64,000 bases of DNA from Desulfovibrio sp. UCD-KL4C (GCF_006210265.1 NZ_VCNC01000007.1:34377-98376), one strand, 5' to 3'; positions 10,873-20,795 are shown, counted from the first letter of the stretch. Made by a program: numbers and translations. The notes: generated by a model not told the origin, from the letters alone.

Positions 10873-12048
10873 ATGAAAATTTCTGAAAGACTTATGAGAG
10901 CAAAGCCGTCCGCAACTTTGGCGGTTAATGCAAAAGCACAGGAACTGCGCGCACAGGGCAAGGAAATTGTCAGCCTCGCAGTTGGCGAACCTGATTTTCC
11001 GACTCCGCAGCATGTTTGTGATGCTATGAAGAAAGCTGTCGATGAAGGATTTACCCGTTATACACCGGTTCCTGGTATGCCGCAGTTACGTACAGCTGTT
11101 GCTGGTTACTATCAGAAATTTTACAATGTTACTGCTAAAGCAGAAAATACAATTATTACAAACGGCGGAAAGCATGCCCTGTATAATCTGTTCATGGCTT
11201 TGATTGACCCGGGTGATGAAGTTCTTATTCCTGCTCCTTACTGGGTAAGCTATCCACCGATGGTTGAACTTGCAGAAGGTAAGCCGGTAATTGTTCCGAC
11301 AAGAGCTAAGGCTGGTTTTCTTGCCAGTGTGGAAGATTTAGAAGCAGCTTGTACTTCCAAAACAAAACTTCTTGTTTTAAACACTCCTTCAAATCCAACC
11401 GGTGCTCATTACCCTCAGGATCAACTAAATGAGATTGCTGAGTGGGCGATAAAAAAAGGTATATTTATTGTTTCAGATGAAGTTTATGACAGACTAGTTT
11501 ATAAGCCTGCGTCATATTCAACCCTTTCTAAGTTCTGGGAAAAACATCCTGAAGATGTTGCAATTGTCGGCGCACTATCTAAAAGTTTCAGCATGACAGG
11601 CTGGCGTGTTGGTTCTGCTCTTGCCCATCCTGATTTAGTAAAGGCAATGGTTAAAATTCAAGGGCAGTCTACATCAAATGTAAACTCCATGGCTCAGAAA
11701 GCAGCTATCGCTGCGTATGAAGGTCCATGGGATTTGATCGATAAAATGACTACAGCTTTCCAGAGACGTAGAGATTTTGCTCATGACATAATTACTTCAT
11801 GGCCTGGCGTTGTCTGTCCTAAGCCGGACGGGGCATTTTATATGTTCCCTGTTTTAGATGCTTTTTATGACGAAGAAACTCCTGACTCTGCTTCTATGTG
11901 TACAAAAATACTGGAAGAAGCTGGTATAGCTCTCGTCCCTGGTTCTGCGTTCGGAGATGATCGCTGTATCCGCTTTTCTTACGCTCTTGATGATGAAATT
12001 CTTAAGAATGCGCTGGAAAAAGTCGGTAAAGTCTTGATGAAAAAATAA
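10873..12048 (+). CDS. class I pyridoxal-phosphate-dependent aminotransferase (aspartate aminotransferase-like)
   Basis: 391 aa. PLP-lysine region SKSFSMTGWRVG, plus NPSNPTG-like TPSNPTG. Confidence 0.9.
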   Translation: MKISERLMRAKPSATLAVNAKAQELRAQGKEIVSLAVGEPDFPTPQHVCDAMKKAVDEGFTRYTPVPGMPQLRTAVAGYYQKFYNVTAKAENTIITNGGKHALYNLFMALIDPGDEVLIPAPYWVSYPPMVELAEGKPVIVPTRAKAGFLASVEDLEAACTSKTKLLVLNTPSNPTGAHYPQDQLNEIAEWAIKKGIFIVSDEVYDRLVYKPASYSTLSKFWEKHPEDVAIVGALSKSFSMTGWRVGSALAHPDLVKAMVKIQGQSTSNVNSMAQKAAIAAYEGPWDLIDKMTTAFQRRRDFAHDIITSWPGVVCPKPDGAFYMFPVLDAFYDEETPDSASMCTKILEEAGIALVPGSAFGDDRCIRFSYALDDEILKNALEKVGKVLMKK

Positions 12049-12091
12049 AATGTTCGTAAAGATAGTCATATTTGATTAGTATAGGCTCTTG

Positions 12092-12120
12092 CCTCTCCCG
12101 GAGAATCTTTCCGGGAGAGG
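12092..12120 (+). terminator. GC-rich hairpin after the aminotransferase gene
   Basis: cctctcccgg (12092-12101) pairs with ccgggagagg (12111-12120). There is no clear T-run after it. Confidence 0.45.
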
Positions 12121-12150
12121 ATTACGAAACCTTAATAGCGGAGATCGAGT

Positions 12151-13494
12151 ATGGCATCTAACATTATTGACTGGACTGACAGTTGGCAGGATAAGCTTGA
12201 TATAAAATCAAAGTATGAATCTGCTGAAGCTATTTCCGACAGATTCAGCAAAGAAGTTGCCGAAGGTAAACTACCTTTTTGTTCCATGCCGTATATGGCC
12301 GAACTTTTATACGATCTCGAAGGATTAGAGAGCTACGTTAAAGGTTTCGAACATATGCTGCTGCTTGGAATAGGCGGTTCCGCGCTCGGAGCAAGAGCAT
12401 TACAGAAAGCTTTTTTTTCAGCACAGGATGAGCCTTGCCATGAAGGTCCATGGCTATGGATAGGCGATAATGTCTGCGCAAAGACTCTTGAATCTTATCT
12501 CGAAAAACTCCCTCTCGAAAAAACACTTGTTGCGGTTGTTTCCAAATCAGGCGGAACAATTGAAACTATCAGCCAATACTTACTCATTCGTAAAAAAATG
12601 AAACAGAATATGGGCGACAAGTGGAATCGTAATTTTCTTTTTGTAACTGATAAAAATAATGGTTTTCTTCGTGAACAGGCTGATGAGTTATCCATCAAAA
12701 CGTTAGAAGTTCCAGATAACTTGGGCGGAAGATATTCCATCCTGTCAGCTGTAGGACTTCTTCCAGCTATGTTTATGGGTATTGATTATCGCTCGCTTGT
12801 AGAAGGAGCATCCGATATTCTCGCTTCGCTTGCTTCACAGGAGCTCAGCAGTGAAACGTTACTTAAACATCCGTCCTATAAGTTAGCCTGTTGGAATGCT
12901 GCGCTAATGGAAAGCGGTTACAATGAACTGATATTTTTTTCTTATATTCCTCAGTGGGCCTGTTTCGGTCAGTGGTTTGCGCAACTATGGGCAGAAAGTT
13001 TAGGTAAGGAAGGTAAAGGCAGTCAGCCTATTCCGGCAGTTGGTGCAACTGATCAGCATTCTGTTAACCAGATGTTTTTAGATGGGCCACGCAATAAAGG
13101 GTGTCTGTTTTTAACATGTGATTCACTGACTGACGGAGAAAAATTTGTAGAGGATATCCCTGACAAGTTTTCATATATCAAAGGGAAAAATTTCGGAGAG
13201 TTGATTCACGCTGAAGGGTTAGGAACTAAAATGGCTTTATCGGCCAATAGCGTACCGCTTGTAGAAATAAAAATGGCAGAATCTTCTGAAGAATGCGCCG
13301 GACGGATGATGGGACTCCTCATGGCTACCACTATTTTTACAGGTTGGTTGATGGGAATTAATCCTGTTGATCAGCCGGCGGTTGAGCTTGGGAAGCGGTT
13401 AGCCAAAGCACGCCTTGGAGCCGAAGGATTGCAGGAAGAGAAAAACGATCTTGAAGCTTTTTTAAGCGTAAAGCGTGAAGAACAAGTTTTTTAA
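12151..13494 (+). CDS. pgi: glucose-6-phosphate isomerase (short form)
   Basis: 447 aa. SIS-domain motifs GIGGSALGARAL and VVSKSGGTIET, plus the C-terminal PGI region. Confidence 0.85.
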   Translation: MASNIIDWTDSWQDKLDIKSKYESAEAISDRFSKEVAEGKLPFCSMPYMAELLYDLEGLESYVKGFEHMLLLGIGGSALGARALQKAFFSAQDEPCHEGPWLWIGDNVCAKTLESYLEKLPLEKTLVAVVSKSGGTIETISQYLLIRKKMKQNMGDKWNRNFLFVTDKNNGFLREQADELSIKTLEVPDNLGGRYSILSAVGLLPAMFMGIDYRSLVEGASDILASLASQELSSETLLKHPSYKLACWNAALMESGYNELIFFSYIPQWACFGQWFAQLWAESLGKEGKGSQPIPAVGATDQHSVNQMFLDGPRNKGCLFLTCDSLTDGEKFVEDIPDKFSYIKGKNFGELIHAEGLGTKMALSANSVPLVEIKMAESSEECAGRMMGLLMATTIFTGWLMGINPVDQPAVELGKRLAKARLGAEGLQEEKNDLEAFLSVKREEQVF

Positions 13495-13573
13495 GGTTTG
13501 ATAAATGATTTAGTTTCAGCTGTACCAAAGGGGATAATTCACTTTGGAAAGTCTATTAAACAGGATTTTTTTT

Positions 13574-13607
13574 AAATCGGTTGTCCATATTAATGGATGA
13601 CCGATTT
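13574..13607 (+). terminator. hairpin after pgi
   Basis: aaatcggttgtccat pairs with atggatgaccgattt (2-nt internal mismatch), followed by gattttgtt. Confidence 0.45.
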
Positions 13608-13742
13608 GATTTTGTTGCATAAGACTAATAAAGAATATTTCAAAAGATCAGTCTTAACAAAGTTTTTGCAGATTTTTAAGCTTTATTAATCGGTACTTAA
13701 CCCTCTGGCGATTAGTGTTTTTTTAATCAGGAGTTTCTACAT

Positions 13743-15176
13743 TTGGATTCTAACGATAAAGATCCTCAGATTCAGTCTTTTCAATTAGTTAAATTGCTAT
13801 CATGGACGCTTTTGGTCGTAATTGTAGCTAGTAGTTTAGGGCTTTCTGTTTTCCTCGCAAAACATGCTGATGAAACTCTTCTGGAGAAACAGAAGGAATT
13901 TGCATTGTTGCAGGCTGAAAACCTTAACCACCAAATATATAGAAGATTTATTTTGCCGACAGTTATTGGTTACGGTAAAATAGGACTCAAAAATGAAGAA
14001 CAGATGACTCGGCTTGATCAGGTTATCCGTTCTACAATTCATAGTTTTAAAGTCAGTGAAGTAAGAATTTACGATCCTAATCTTATTGTTTCATATTCGT
14101 TGAATAAAGATAATATTGGTAAGAAAAATTTAGGCGGAGAGTTTATTAAAACTGTTATCGACAGCGGTAAGCCTAAGTATGAATTTATAAGTAAAGAATC
14201 TACAGTCGAAGCCATTTTTGATTTTAATATGCGTCCGGGAACGATGCTTTTAAAGATCATTTACCCTTTGCGCTCCGAACAGAGTTTGAAAATTGATGAA
14301 AATATAATTATAGGCGCTTTGGTTTTTACTCAGGATATTACCGAGGATTATCAGTCAGTTATAAATTTTGAAAGATTAATTCTTTTTACCTCTTGTTGTT
14401 CTGCGCTTATTTTGTTTGCGACTATCATGGTAATTATTAAACGTGCGGATATTATTAACCAACAACGGATTAAAGATCGCCAGCTTTTTGAAAAAGAACT
14501 TAACCAGAGTGAGAAACTTGCAAGTATAGGGCGAATGGTCTCAGGAGTTGCGCACGAAATACGCAATCCGCTGGGTATAATAAGTTCAAGTTCAGAATTG
14601 CTTCTTAAAAGAATGAAAGAAGCTGATCCTATAAATATAAAAATACTATCGGCTATTCATGAAGAATGTAAAAGACTCAGTAGAACTGTCAGTGATTTTC
14701 TGGACTATGCAAGGCCGCGTAAACTTACTTTAGTATCAGTTGATCCAGCTGAATTACTTGATAAAATAGCTACATTTTTAGATGCTAAATGCCATGAAAA
14801 TAGTATTGAAATCAAGCGTGAGTATGCTCGTGGTCATAAAGTCTGTGCTGATGAGGATTTGCTCTACCGAGCTTTTTATAATCTTGTTGGAAACGCTGTA
14901 CAGGCTGTGGAAAAGAACGGCAGCATATGTATTTCTATAAAAGAAGTTACTGACGGAATATCAGTTGTTTTTTCAGATACTGGCCCTGGTTTCATGTCTG
15001 AAATAATAGAGAAAGTTAAAGATCCTTTTTTTACAACTAAAGACAGCGGTACAGGGCTTGGACTTGCCATTGTAAATAATATTGTGAAAAGCCATGAAGG
15101 ACGGTTTACTTTAGGAAATAATCCTGAGGGCGGGGCGCGGTTAGAAGTATTTTTATCCACAAAACATGAGTGTTAG
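13743..15176 (+). CDS. membrane sensor histidine kinase
   Basis: 477 aa with a TTG start. Two TM segments flank a ~190-aa extracytoplasmic domain. H-box SGVAHEIRNPLG, N-box LVGNAVQA, G-boxes DTGPGF and GTGLGLAIV. Confidence 0.85.
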   Translation: MDSNDKDPQIQSFQLVKLLSWTLLVVIVASSLGLSVFLAKHADETLLEKQKEFALLQAENLNHQIYRRFILPTVIGYGKIGLKNEEQMTRLDQVIRSTIHSFKVSEVRIYDPNLIVSYSLNKDNIGKKNLGGEFIKTVIDSGKPKYEFISKESTVEAIFDFNMRPGTMLLKIIYPLRSEQSLKIDENIIIGALVFTQDITEDYQSVINFERLILFTSCCSALILFATIMVIIKRADIINQQRIKDRQLFEKELNQSEKLASIGRMVSGVAHEIRNPLGIISSSSELLLKRMKEADPINIKILSAIHEECKRLSRTVSDFLDYARPRKLTLVSVDPAELLDKIATFLDAKCHENSIEIKREYARGHKVCADEDLLYRAFYNLVGNAVQAVEKNGSICISIKEVTDGISVVFSDTGPGFMSEIIEKVKDPFFTTKDSGTGLGLAIVNNIVKSHEGRFTLGNNPEGGARLEVFLSTKHEC

Positions 15177-15224
15177 CATTTTAATTTGGTGCTGATTTAA
15201 AAATTTTGAATAGAGTGTAAAATT

Positions 15225-16598
15225 ATGGCTACTAATATTTTGATATTGGATGATGAACAGAACTACCTTCTAATTCTGGAGGCAATGCTTTCCGATGAAG
15301 GGTACAAGATAACTGCGCTTTCAGATCCTGAAACAGGTTTGGCATTTCTTGATGAATCAGAAGTAGATCTGGTTATAACGGATATGAAGATGCCTAAGCT
15401 CACCGGAAGTGATGTGCTGGCTCATGTAAAAAAGAATTTCCCACATATTCCTGTGATAATTATGACTGCGTTCGGGTCAATCGAATCAGCTGTTGAGGCT
15501 ATGAAAATAGGTGCTTTTGATTATATTACCAAGCCTTTTGCTAATGAAGAGTTGCTTCTTTCAGTTACAAAAGCGGCTCAATTTGCAAAAGCGCAGCAGG
15601 AAAATAGAATGCTGCGCGAACAGATTAAAGATCGCTATTCGCCGAATAATATAATCGGTCGTTCAAAGCCGATGCTCCATGTTTTTGAAATGATTCATAA
15701 GGCTGCGCCAGGTCATTCCACTGTTCTTATTACCGGAGAATCCGGTACAGGTAAGGAGTTGGTTGCTCAGGCGGTACATCAATCTTCACCGCGTTGTGAT
15801 AACCCTTTTATTTCGGTCAACTGCATGGCTTTGAGTGCAGGAGTTCTTGAAAGCGAGCTCTTCGGTCATGAGAAGGGATCTTTCACCGGGGCTGTGGCTT
15901 TACGGCGTGGACGCTTTGAAATGGCGGATAAAGGTACATTGTTTCTGGATGAGATAGGTGAACTTTCGCATGATATGCAGGTTAAGCTTTTAAGAGTCTT
16001 GCAGGAAAAAACAATTGAACGTGTCGGCGGAGTCGATTCGATTAAAATTGATATCCGTATTGTTGCAGCGACTAATAAAAATTTAAAGGAAGCTGTTGAA
16101 AACGGTACTTTCCGCGAAGATCTTTATTATAGATTAAATGTTGTAAGCATTGAGCTTCCGCCTCTTCGTGAACGTAGGGAAGACATTCCATTTATGATTG
16201 ATCATTTTCTGGCTAAGTATTCTGCTGAAAATAATAAAACATTTGAAGGATTTTCACCCGCTGCGATGGATTATATGTCTGCTTATGAATGGCCTGGTAA
16301 CGTTCGCCAACTTCAAAATGTTATTGAGCGGTGTGTTGTGCTTACTTCCGGTACTGTGATTAAGACGGATGATCTGCCTGCTGAAATTAAAGACGAAGAA
16401 ACTCAGTTTAAAAGTGCTGTCGATTTGTTGCCGACCAAAATTAATCTTGCTCAGGCTTTAGATAAAATTGAAGCGACTCTAGTTCGCAGAGCCTTGGTGC
16501 ACAGTAATTTTGTTAAAGTAGACGCTGCAGAGATGTTGGGTCTTTCTAAAAGTCTGCTTCAGTACAAGCTTAAAAAATATAGTATAGCTGGGAAGTAA
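15225..16598 (+). CDS. sigma54-dependent Fis-family response regulator (NtrC class)
   Basis: 457 aa. Receiver domain (DLVITDMKMP), AAA+ activator (GESGTGKE, GSFTGA loop) and C-terminal Fis-type HTH. Confidence 0.9.
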   Translation: MATNILILDDEQNYLLILEAMLSDEGYKITALSDPETGLAFLDESEVDLVITDMKMPKLTGSDVLAHVKKNFPHIPVIIMTAFGSIESAVEAMKIGAFDYITKPFANEELLLSVTKAAQFAKAQQENRMLREQIKDRYSPNNIIGRSKPMLHVFEMIHKAAPGHSTVLITGESGTGKELVAQAVHQSSPRCDNPFISVNCMALSAGVLESELFGHEKGSFTGAVALRRGRFEMADKGTLFLDEIGELSHDMQVKLLRVLQEKTIERVGGVDSIKIDIRIVAATNKNLKEAVENGTFREDLYYRLNVVSIELPPLRERREDIPFMIDHFLAKYSAENNKTFEGFSPAAMDYMSAYEWPGNVRQLQNVIERCVVLTSGTVIKTDDLPAEIKDEETQFKSAVDLLPTKINLAQALDKIEATLVRRALVHSNFVKVDAAEMLGLSKSLLQYKLKKYSIAGK

Positions 16599-16612
16599 GT
16601 TTTTAACTTACT
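16594..16612. terminator. short AT-rich hairpin spanning the stop codons of two convergent genes
   Basis: agtaagt (16594-16600) pairs with acttact (16606-16612) across a 5-nt loop. The two convergent stops are only 10 bp apart. Weak stem. Confidence 0.3.
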
Positions 16613-17714
16613 CCTGAAAATCATACGCAGTATAGCTGCTCATAAGCTCGAGTAATAGATAAGGGCTGACGTTGTTTCTTATGCATATTACAGCGTCAGT
16701 TATCATTTTAAGCTTAATTTCAAGCTCCAGCGCATACGCTTTTTTGCGTTCGCTTAGTATTTTTCGCAGATAGTCATAATCAATTTTTGCAAAAATCAGC
16801 GATAATCCTTTACGTAGAAATTGATCATCAACTTTCTGCGTGAATTTTTCCATTTCCGCATGCCCTTTTTCCTCCACAATAAGCTTCAGTTTAAAAAGAC
16901 TCATTGCAATATCTTCGGGTGGAAGCCGATCCGTAACTGACGGGTAAAGCAAAAGAGGAGCGTGCTTTGTTAAACGTTCTTGTATCGTTTCACTGTCAGG
17001 AAAAAATCTTGCTAATTTTGAAGAGAGTTCTGTTGATTTTTGATTGCTGCTTAGTGAAAGAAGAAAAGTTTCAATTAAATCTGTACGCTTTTTATAATCA
17101 GCTAAAATTTGGGTGTGTAATTTTTTTGATTCTTCAAGGACCTGTGCGTCGCTGCCATCATCGATTGATAACTTGAAAATTGATGAGCTGAATACGTCGT
17201 CCAATCTTTCTAAAATAAGATTTTGAACTTCCGGTTTCTTTCCGAAAAGACTTTTGTTGTTCTTGGCAGCCAGATTCCACCAAGAAATAAGGTCGTGTAG
17301 GTCATTTTGATTGAAATCAAATATTGGTAGTGAATCAGAGAAATTTATCATTTCGGCTGACATGTCAAAAAATGATGCGTCAAAATTATCGGTTTGGCTT
17401 TGCCTAATGAAGCCAGATTTTACTAGGTCTTCTACTCTATCAAGTAAGGTTTCACAGGCTTGTTCAACCTCAGTTAAAGATAGTGCCAATCCTTCTGTGG
17501 CGTACGCATTGAGTAAGGATGAAATTTTTTCGCGGCGGATTTTGTTTAAATTTGAAAGAATAATTTCTCGTGATTGATCCGAAAAGGGAGCGAGAATTTT
17601 TGCTGTTGTTTCATTACTTATGTCACGGGTAAATATTTCTTGAAGATAGTAATCCGGCATCAATGTCAGTGATTCCAGCCTTTGATCGGTCTTGAGATCA
17701 GATATTTTGATCAT
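16608..17714 (-). CDS. hypothetical soluble protein with FliG_C/MgtE_N-like N-terminus and MotA-loop-like C-terminus
   Basis: 368-aa ORF with no TM segments. The N-terminal pattern SREIILSNLNKIRREKISSLL resembles FliG_C/MgtE_N. The C-terminal DDQFLRKGLSLI... matches EDDFLRKGLQLT... of the MotA encoded in this window. Function unknown. Confidence 0.6.
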   Translation of the reverse strand: MIKISDLKTDQRLESLTLMPDYYLQEIFTRDISNETTAKILAPFSDQSREIILSNLNKIRREKISSLLNAYATEGLALSLTEVEQACETLLDRVEDLVKSGFIRQSQTDNFDASFFDMSAEMINFSDSLPIFDFNQNDLHDLISWWNLAAKNNKSLFGKKPEVQNLILERLDDVFSSSIFKLSIDDGSDAQVLEESKKLHTQILADYKKRTDLIETFLLSLSSNQKSTELSSKLARFFPDSETIQERLTKHAPLLLYPSVTDRLPPEDIAMSLFKLKLIVEEKGHAEMEKFTQKVDDQFLRKGLSLIFAKIDYDYLRKILSERKKAYALELEIKLKMITDAVICIRNNVSPYLLLELMSSYTAYDFQE

Positions 17715-17742
17715 GGAAATTTTCTCCGTTGTTCATAAATTC

Positions 17743-17775
17743 AAAATCCCTCCCGCTAGTAGCGGAAGGGATTTT
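17743..17775 (-). terminator. rho-independent terminator of glnA
   Basis: aaaatccctcccgct pairs with agcggaagggatttt (one mismatch) just downstream of the glnA stop on the minus strand. Confidence 0.6.
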
Positions 17776-17803
17776 GATATATAGGTGTTTGTAACTGCAA
17801 TTT

Positions 17804-19147
17804 TTAAAGAACCGGAAGGTAAGTATTTAGTTCATACTCAGTAACCTGTGTTCTGTAAGCATCCCATTCTTTGATTTTGTTTTTGTATAGGTTGCTGTGA
17901 ATGTGATCGCCGAGACATTCTTTGACCAGCTCACTTTTCTTCATTGCAACTGCAGCTTCATACAAGTTGCCGGGAAGAGCTGTGATTCCATGCTCTGCAA
18001 GAGCCGGTGGGTCCATTGCAAAAACGTTTTCTTCGATAGGGGAAGGAAGTTTGTATCCTTCTTCAATTCCCTTGAGGCCAGCCTCAAGCATAACAGCAAA
18101 GCACAGATAAGGATTCGCTGCTGGATCAGGAGAACGCAGTTCCATTCTGGTTGCGCCTTCTTTACCGGGTTTATACATTGGAACACGTACCAAAGTAGAG
18201 CGGTTTTTTCTGGCCCATGCTACATATACGGGGGCTTCGTATCCAGGAACAAGCCGTTTGTAGGAGTTTACCCACTGGTTTGTTACGCAGGTAAATTCTG
18301 GGCAATGTTTCAAAATACCGGCAATATAACTTTTACCTTCAGCGCTGAGGTGGTATTCATCATTGGCATCGAAAAATACATTTCTTCCATTCTTAAATAA
18401 AGACTGATGAACGTGCATGCCGGAGCCGTTGACACCAGACATCGGTTTAGGCATGAAAGTAGCGTAAATACCGTGTTTACGGGCGACCTCTTTGACTATT
18501 ACGCGGTAGGTCATGGCAGTGTCGGCCATTCTCATACCTTCTGAATAGCGAAGGTCAATTTCATGTTGGCTTGGAGCTACTTCGTGATGGCTGTATTCAA
18601 CGTCATATCCCATCTGTTCCAGAGAGAAAATGATGTCACGACGGATATCGTTGCCGAGATCAAGTGGAGGGGCGTCGAAGTAACCCCCTTTATCAATGAT
18701 CTTAGTACCCTTTTCGTCTTCAAATAAGAAGAATTCGAGTTCCGGTCCGACATAGAAAGTGAACCCTTTATCTGCGGCTTTATCGAGTGTCTTTTTAAGA
18801 ACCCATCTGCTGTCTCCTTCGTAAGGAGATCCGTCAGGATTTTGAATGTCACAGAACATACGGGCTACAGGGCGGTCGGTTGGACGCCATGAGCACATTT
18901 GAAAAGTTGTCGGGTCAGGCAGAGCTATCATGTCTGATTCTTCTATTCTGGTGAAACCTAGAATAGATGATCCGTCAAATCCCATACCTTCCTCAAAAGC
19001 TGATTCCAGTTCTTTAGGAGTAATCTGAAAGCTTTTCAGGGTTCCTAGAATATCAACAAACCAGAATTGAACAAAGCTGATATTGTAGTCCCTTACAGCT
19101 TTAAGAACATCATCCGCATTTTTGCAATTAAAGACAGGCGCATCCAT
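17804..19147 (-). CDS. glnA: type I glutamine synthetase
   Basis: 447 aa. Motifs FDGSSI and KPMSGVNGSGMHVHQSL. The position of the adenylylation Tyr reads NVFAMDPP, which fits the GSI-alpha-like, non-adenylylated type. Confidence 0.95.
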   Translation of the reverse strand: MDAPVFNCKNADDVLKAVRDYNISFVQFWFVDILGTLKSFQITPKELESAFEEGMGFDGSSILGFTRIEESDMIALPDPTTFQMCSWRPTDRPVARMFCDIQNPDGSPYEGDSRWVLKKTLDKAADKGFTFYVGPELEFFLFEDEKGTKIIDKGGYFDAPPLDLGNDIRRDIIFSLEQMGYDVEYSHHEVAPSQHEIDLRYSEGMRMADTAMTYRVIVKEVARKHGIYATFMPKPMSGVNGSGMHVHQSLFKNGRNVFFDANDEYHLSAEGKSYIAGILKHCPEFTCVTNQWVNSYKRLVPGYEAPVYVAWARKNRSTLVRVPMYKPGKEGATRMELRSPDPAANPYLCFAVMLEAGLKGIEEGYKLPSPIEENVFAMDPPALAEHGITALPGNLYEAAVAMKKSELVKECLGDHIHSNLYKNKIKEWDAYRTQVTEYELNTYLPVL

Positions 19148-19319
19148 AGTTGCTTTCCTCCTGATTGAAGAAGTTATTTTAAATATGTTTTAAGATTTTA
19201 TGTGTGTGTTTAACGTATTGTCATTTATGAAAAAACACGCTGGATCTACTAATCATTAGACTATAGCTGAGTCAACGGTATTTTTGCAAACAGTATTAGT
19301 AGATTTTCCAAATGAGAAA

Positions 19320-20270
19320 TCAGATCTCATCAATCCTATCACGAACTTCACGAAAGAAAGAAAATAGAAAAGGCTGGTCCTTAGGTTCTGAATTGATGTC
19401 CAGACGCGTAAAGAATGAAACAATATTTCCTTTAGGTGTTTTTGTTCGCTGAAAATAAAGTTCGTGGAGCGGTCCCGTAGGAGTTTTGAATGAAAGAATC
19501 CATTCAGCGCCCTGTTTGCGCCATATTTTTATGGAATCAGCATCTTTTTTAGTTGTAACGAGATCAACAAGTTCTTTCAGCGTAAAGGGGTGACCAGGTT
19601 TTCCCGGCATACCAAGAAAATCACCTTTATCAGAATGAATTACTACCGGAAGTTCAAGAAAGTCTTTTTTCGGGTAAACAGGGCTGGAGTCTGATTCAAT
19701 AGTGTATGAACTTGAATCACCATGATCTTTTTTAATAGTAATCACTTTTTTGGCAGTAACTTTTTCCGATTGCGGTAAAACACCAGCCGAGGAAATAATT
19801 TCTTTTATTTCCGAAAGAAGATGATCTTGACCAGAGCTGGTTGTTTCCTGCTTTTCAATAAGTTCCGCTAGTTTTTTTTCAACTTTTGCAAGTCGTTGCT
19901 CAGCTCTTGCCTGCGAAGTTACAAGTCCGGCTAAGCCGTTCATCATCTGCATTGTAACGCGAGTCAATTTTTCAAGTTCTAAACTGGATTCATCACTTTT
20001 CTTTGTGCTTACCGATAAGGGGTGATTGTCTTTAACAGATTCAAATTCAATAAGAAGTTTATCGCGTATCTGCTTAGTCGATAAATTGTTAGCAAATAGT
20101 TCTTTTATACGCATGCAAAGCTTATCTGCACCTTTTTTAAAGCGCAGAGGCTTTCCGTGTCCTGCAATCATAAAAAATTCAGGAAATTTTTTGCGGTAAC
20201 TTTTAATGGTGGTGACAGACACACCTGCTATTGCTGAAAGATCTTTATGAGTAAATGTGTCTGTAGTCAT
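19320..20270 (-). CDS. hypothetical protein: MerR-type HTH + coiled coil + unknown C-terminal domain
   Basis: 316 aa. The N-terminus FTHKDLSAIAGVSVTTIKSYRKKF...LRFKKGADKLCMRIKELFANNLSTKQIRDKL is MerR/excisionase-like. Residues ~100-150 are heptad-like. It is a paralog of the ORF at 50432-51109. Confidence 0.6.
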   Translation of the reverse strand: MTTDTFTHKDLSAIAGVSVTTIKSYRKKFPEFFMIAGHGKPLRFKKGADKLCMRIKELFANNLSTKQIRDKLLIEFESVKDNHPLSVSTKKSDESSLELEKLTRVTMQMMNGLAGLVTSQARAEQRLAKVEKKLAELIEKQETTSSGQDHLLSEIKEIISSAGVLPQSEKVTAKKVITIKKDHGDSSSYTIESDSSPVYPKKDFLELPVVIHSDKGDFLGMPGKPGHPFTLKELVDLVTTKKDADSIKIWRKQGAEWILSFKTPTGPLHELYFQRTKTPKGNIVSFFTRLDINSEPKDQPFLFSFFREVRDRIDEI

Positions 20271-20500
20271 TGGTCTGAAATATCCTGTTTTTTGGTTTTA
20301 ATAGTAGGGGACTGTATCCGAATGTATCGTCTGATGTAAAATACATAGTAATATCATTATCTATTGGTTATCGATAACTGTAATCGTCATGTAGGTCAAT
20401 AGGTGAATGAATTTATGGATTGATATGCTGCACGGTAGTGAATGTCAGGATTAGGGACGAGAGTGATTATTAGAGGTGCTTAATAAAATAGTGCGTAATC

Positions 20501-20656
20501 TCAGTTTTGAAAGCGTGTAAGTAGCGAGATAATGAAAAGTACAACCAGTGCGGCCATCAAAATCGTGTTGATGTTGATACCGCCTTTAATTTTTTGTTTT
20601 CTGCGGTATCCGAAGATCAAAAAAATGATGGCTATGAAAATCAGCAGCTTGAACAT
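20501..20656 (-). CDS. possible 51-aa two-helix membrane peptide
   Basis: Below the ORF-track size cut-off. Manual translation: MFKLLIFIAIIFLIFGYRRKQKIKGGININTILMAALVVLFIISLLTRFQN*. There is no convincing RBS, so this is weak. Confidence 0.25.
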   Translation of the reverse strand: MFKLLIFIAIIFLIFGYRRKQKIKGGININTILMAALVVLFIISLLTRFQN

Positions 20657-20795
20657 ATAGTGGTGAAAGCCGTTTTAAATTATTTAAGTAAATTAAAAGT
20701 TAACGCAGTCTAATCACTTTGCCTGATTTAATTTTAGATCGCCAGAGTTATATTTGCTGGGAATAATGAGTTAAGTAGTGATTAGTAGATTGGTT

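Noticed and set aside
17897-18400. 167-aa plus-strand ORF (and several smaller ones) inside glnA
   Set aside because: It is antisense to a full-length, motif-rich glnA. It has no RBS and its composition is typical of a shadow frame.
19148-19319. Expected sigma54 (GG-N10-GC) promoter upstream of glnA
   Set aside because: I found no correctly spaced TGGCAC-N5-TTGC-like element on the glnA strand. There is only a weak sigma70-like TTGACT-N17-TTAGTA, so no promoter is called.
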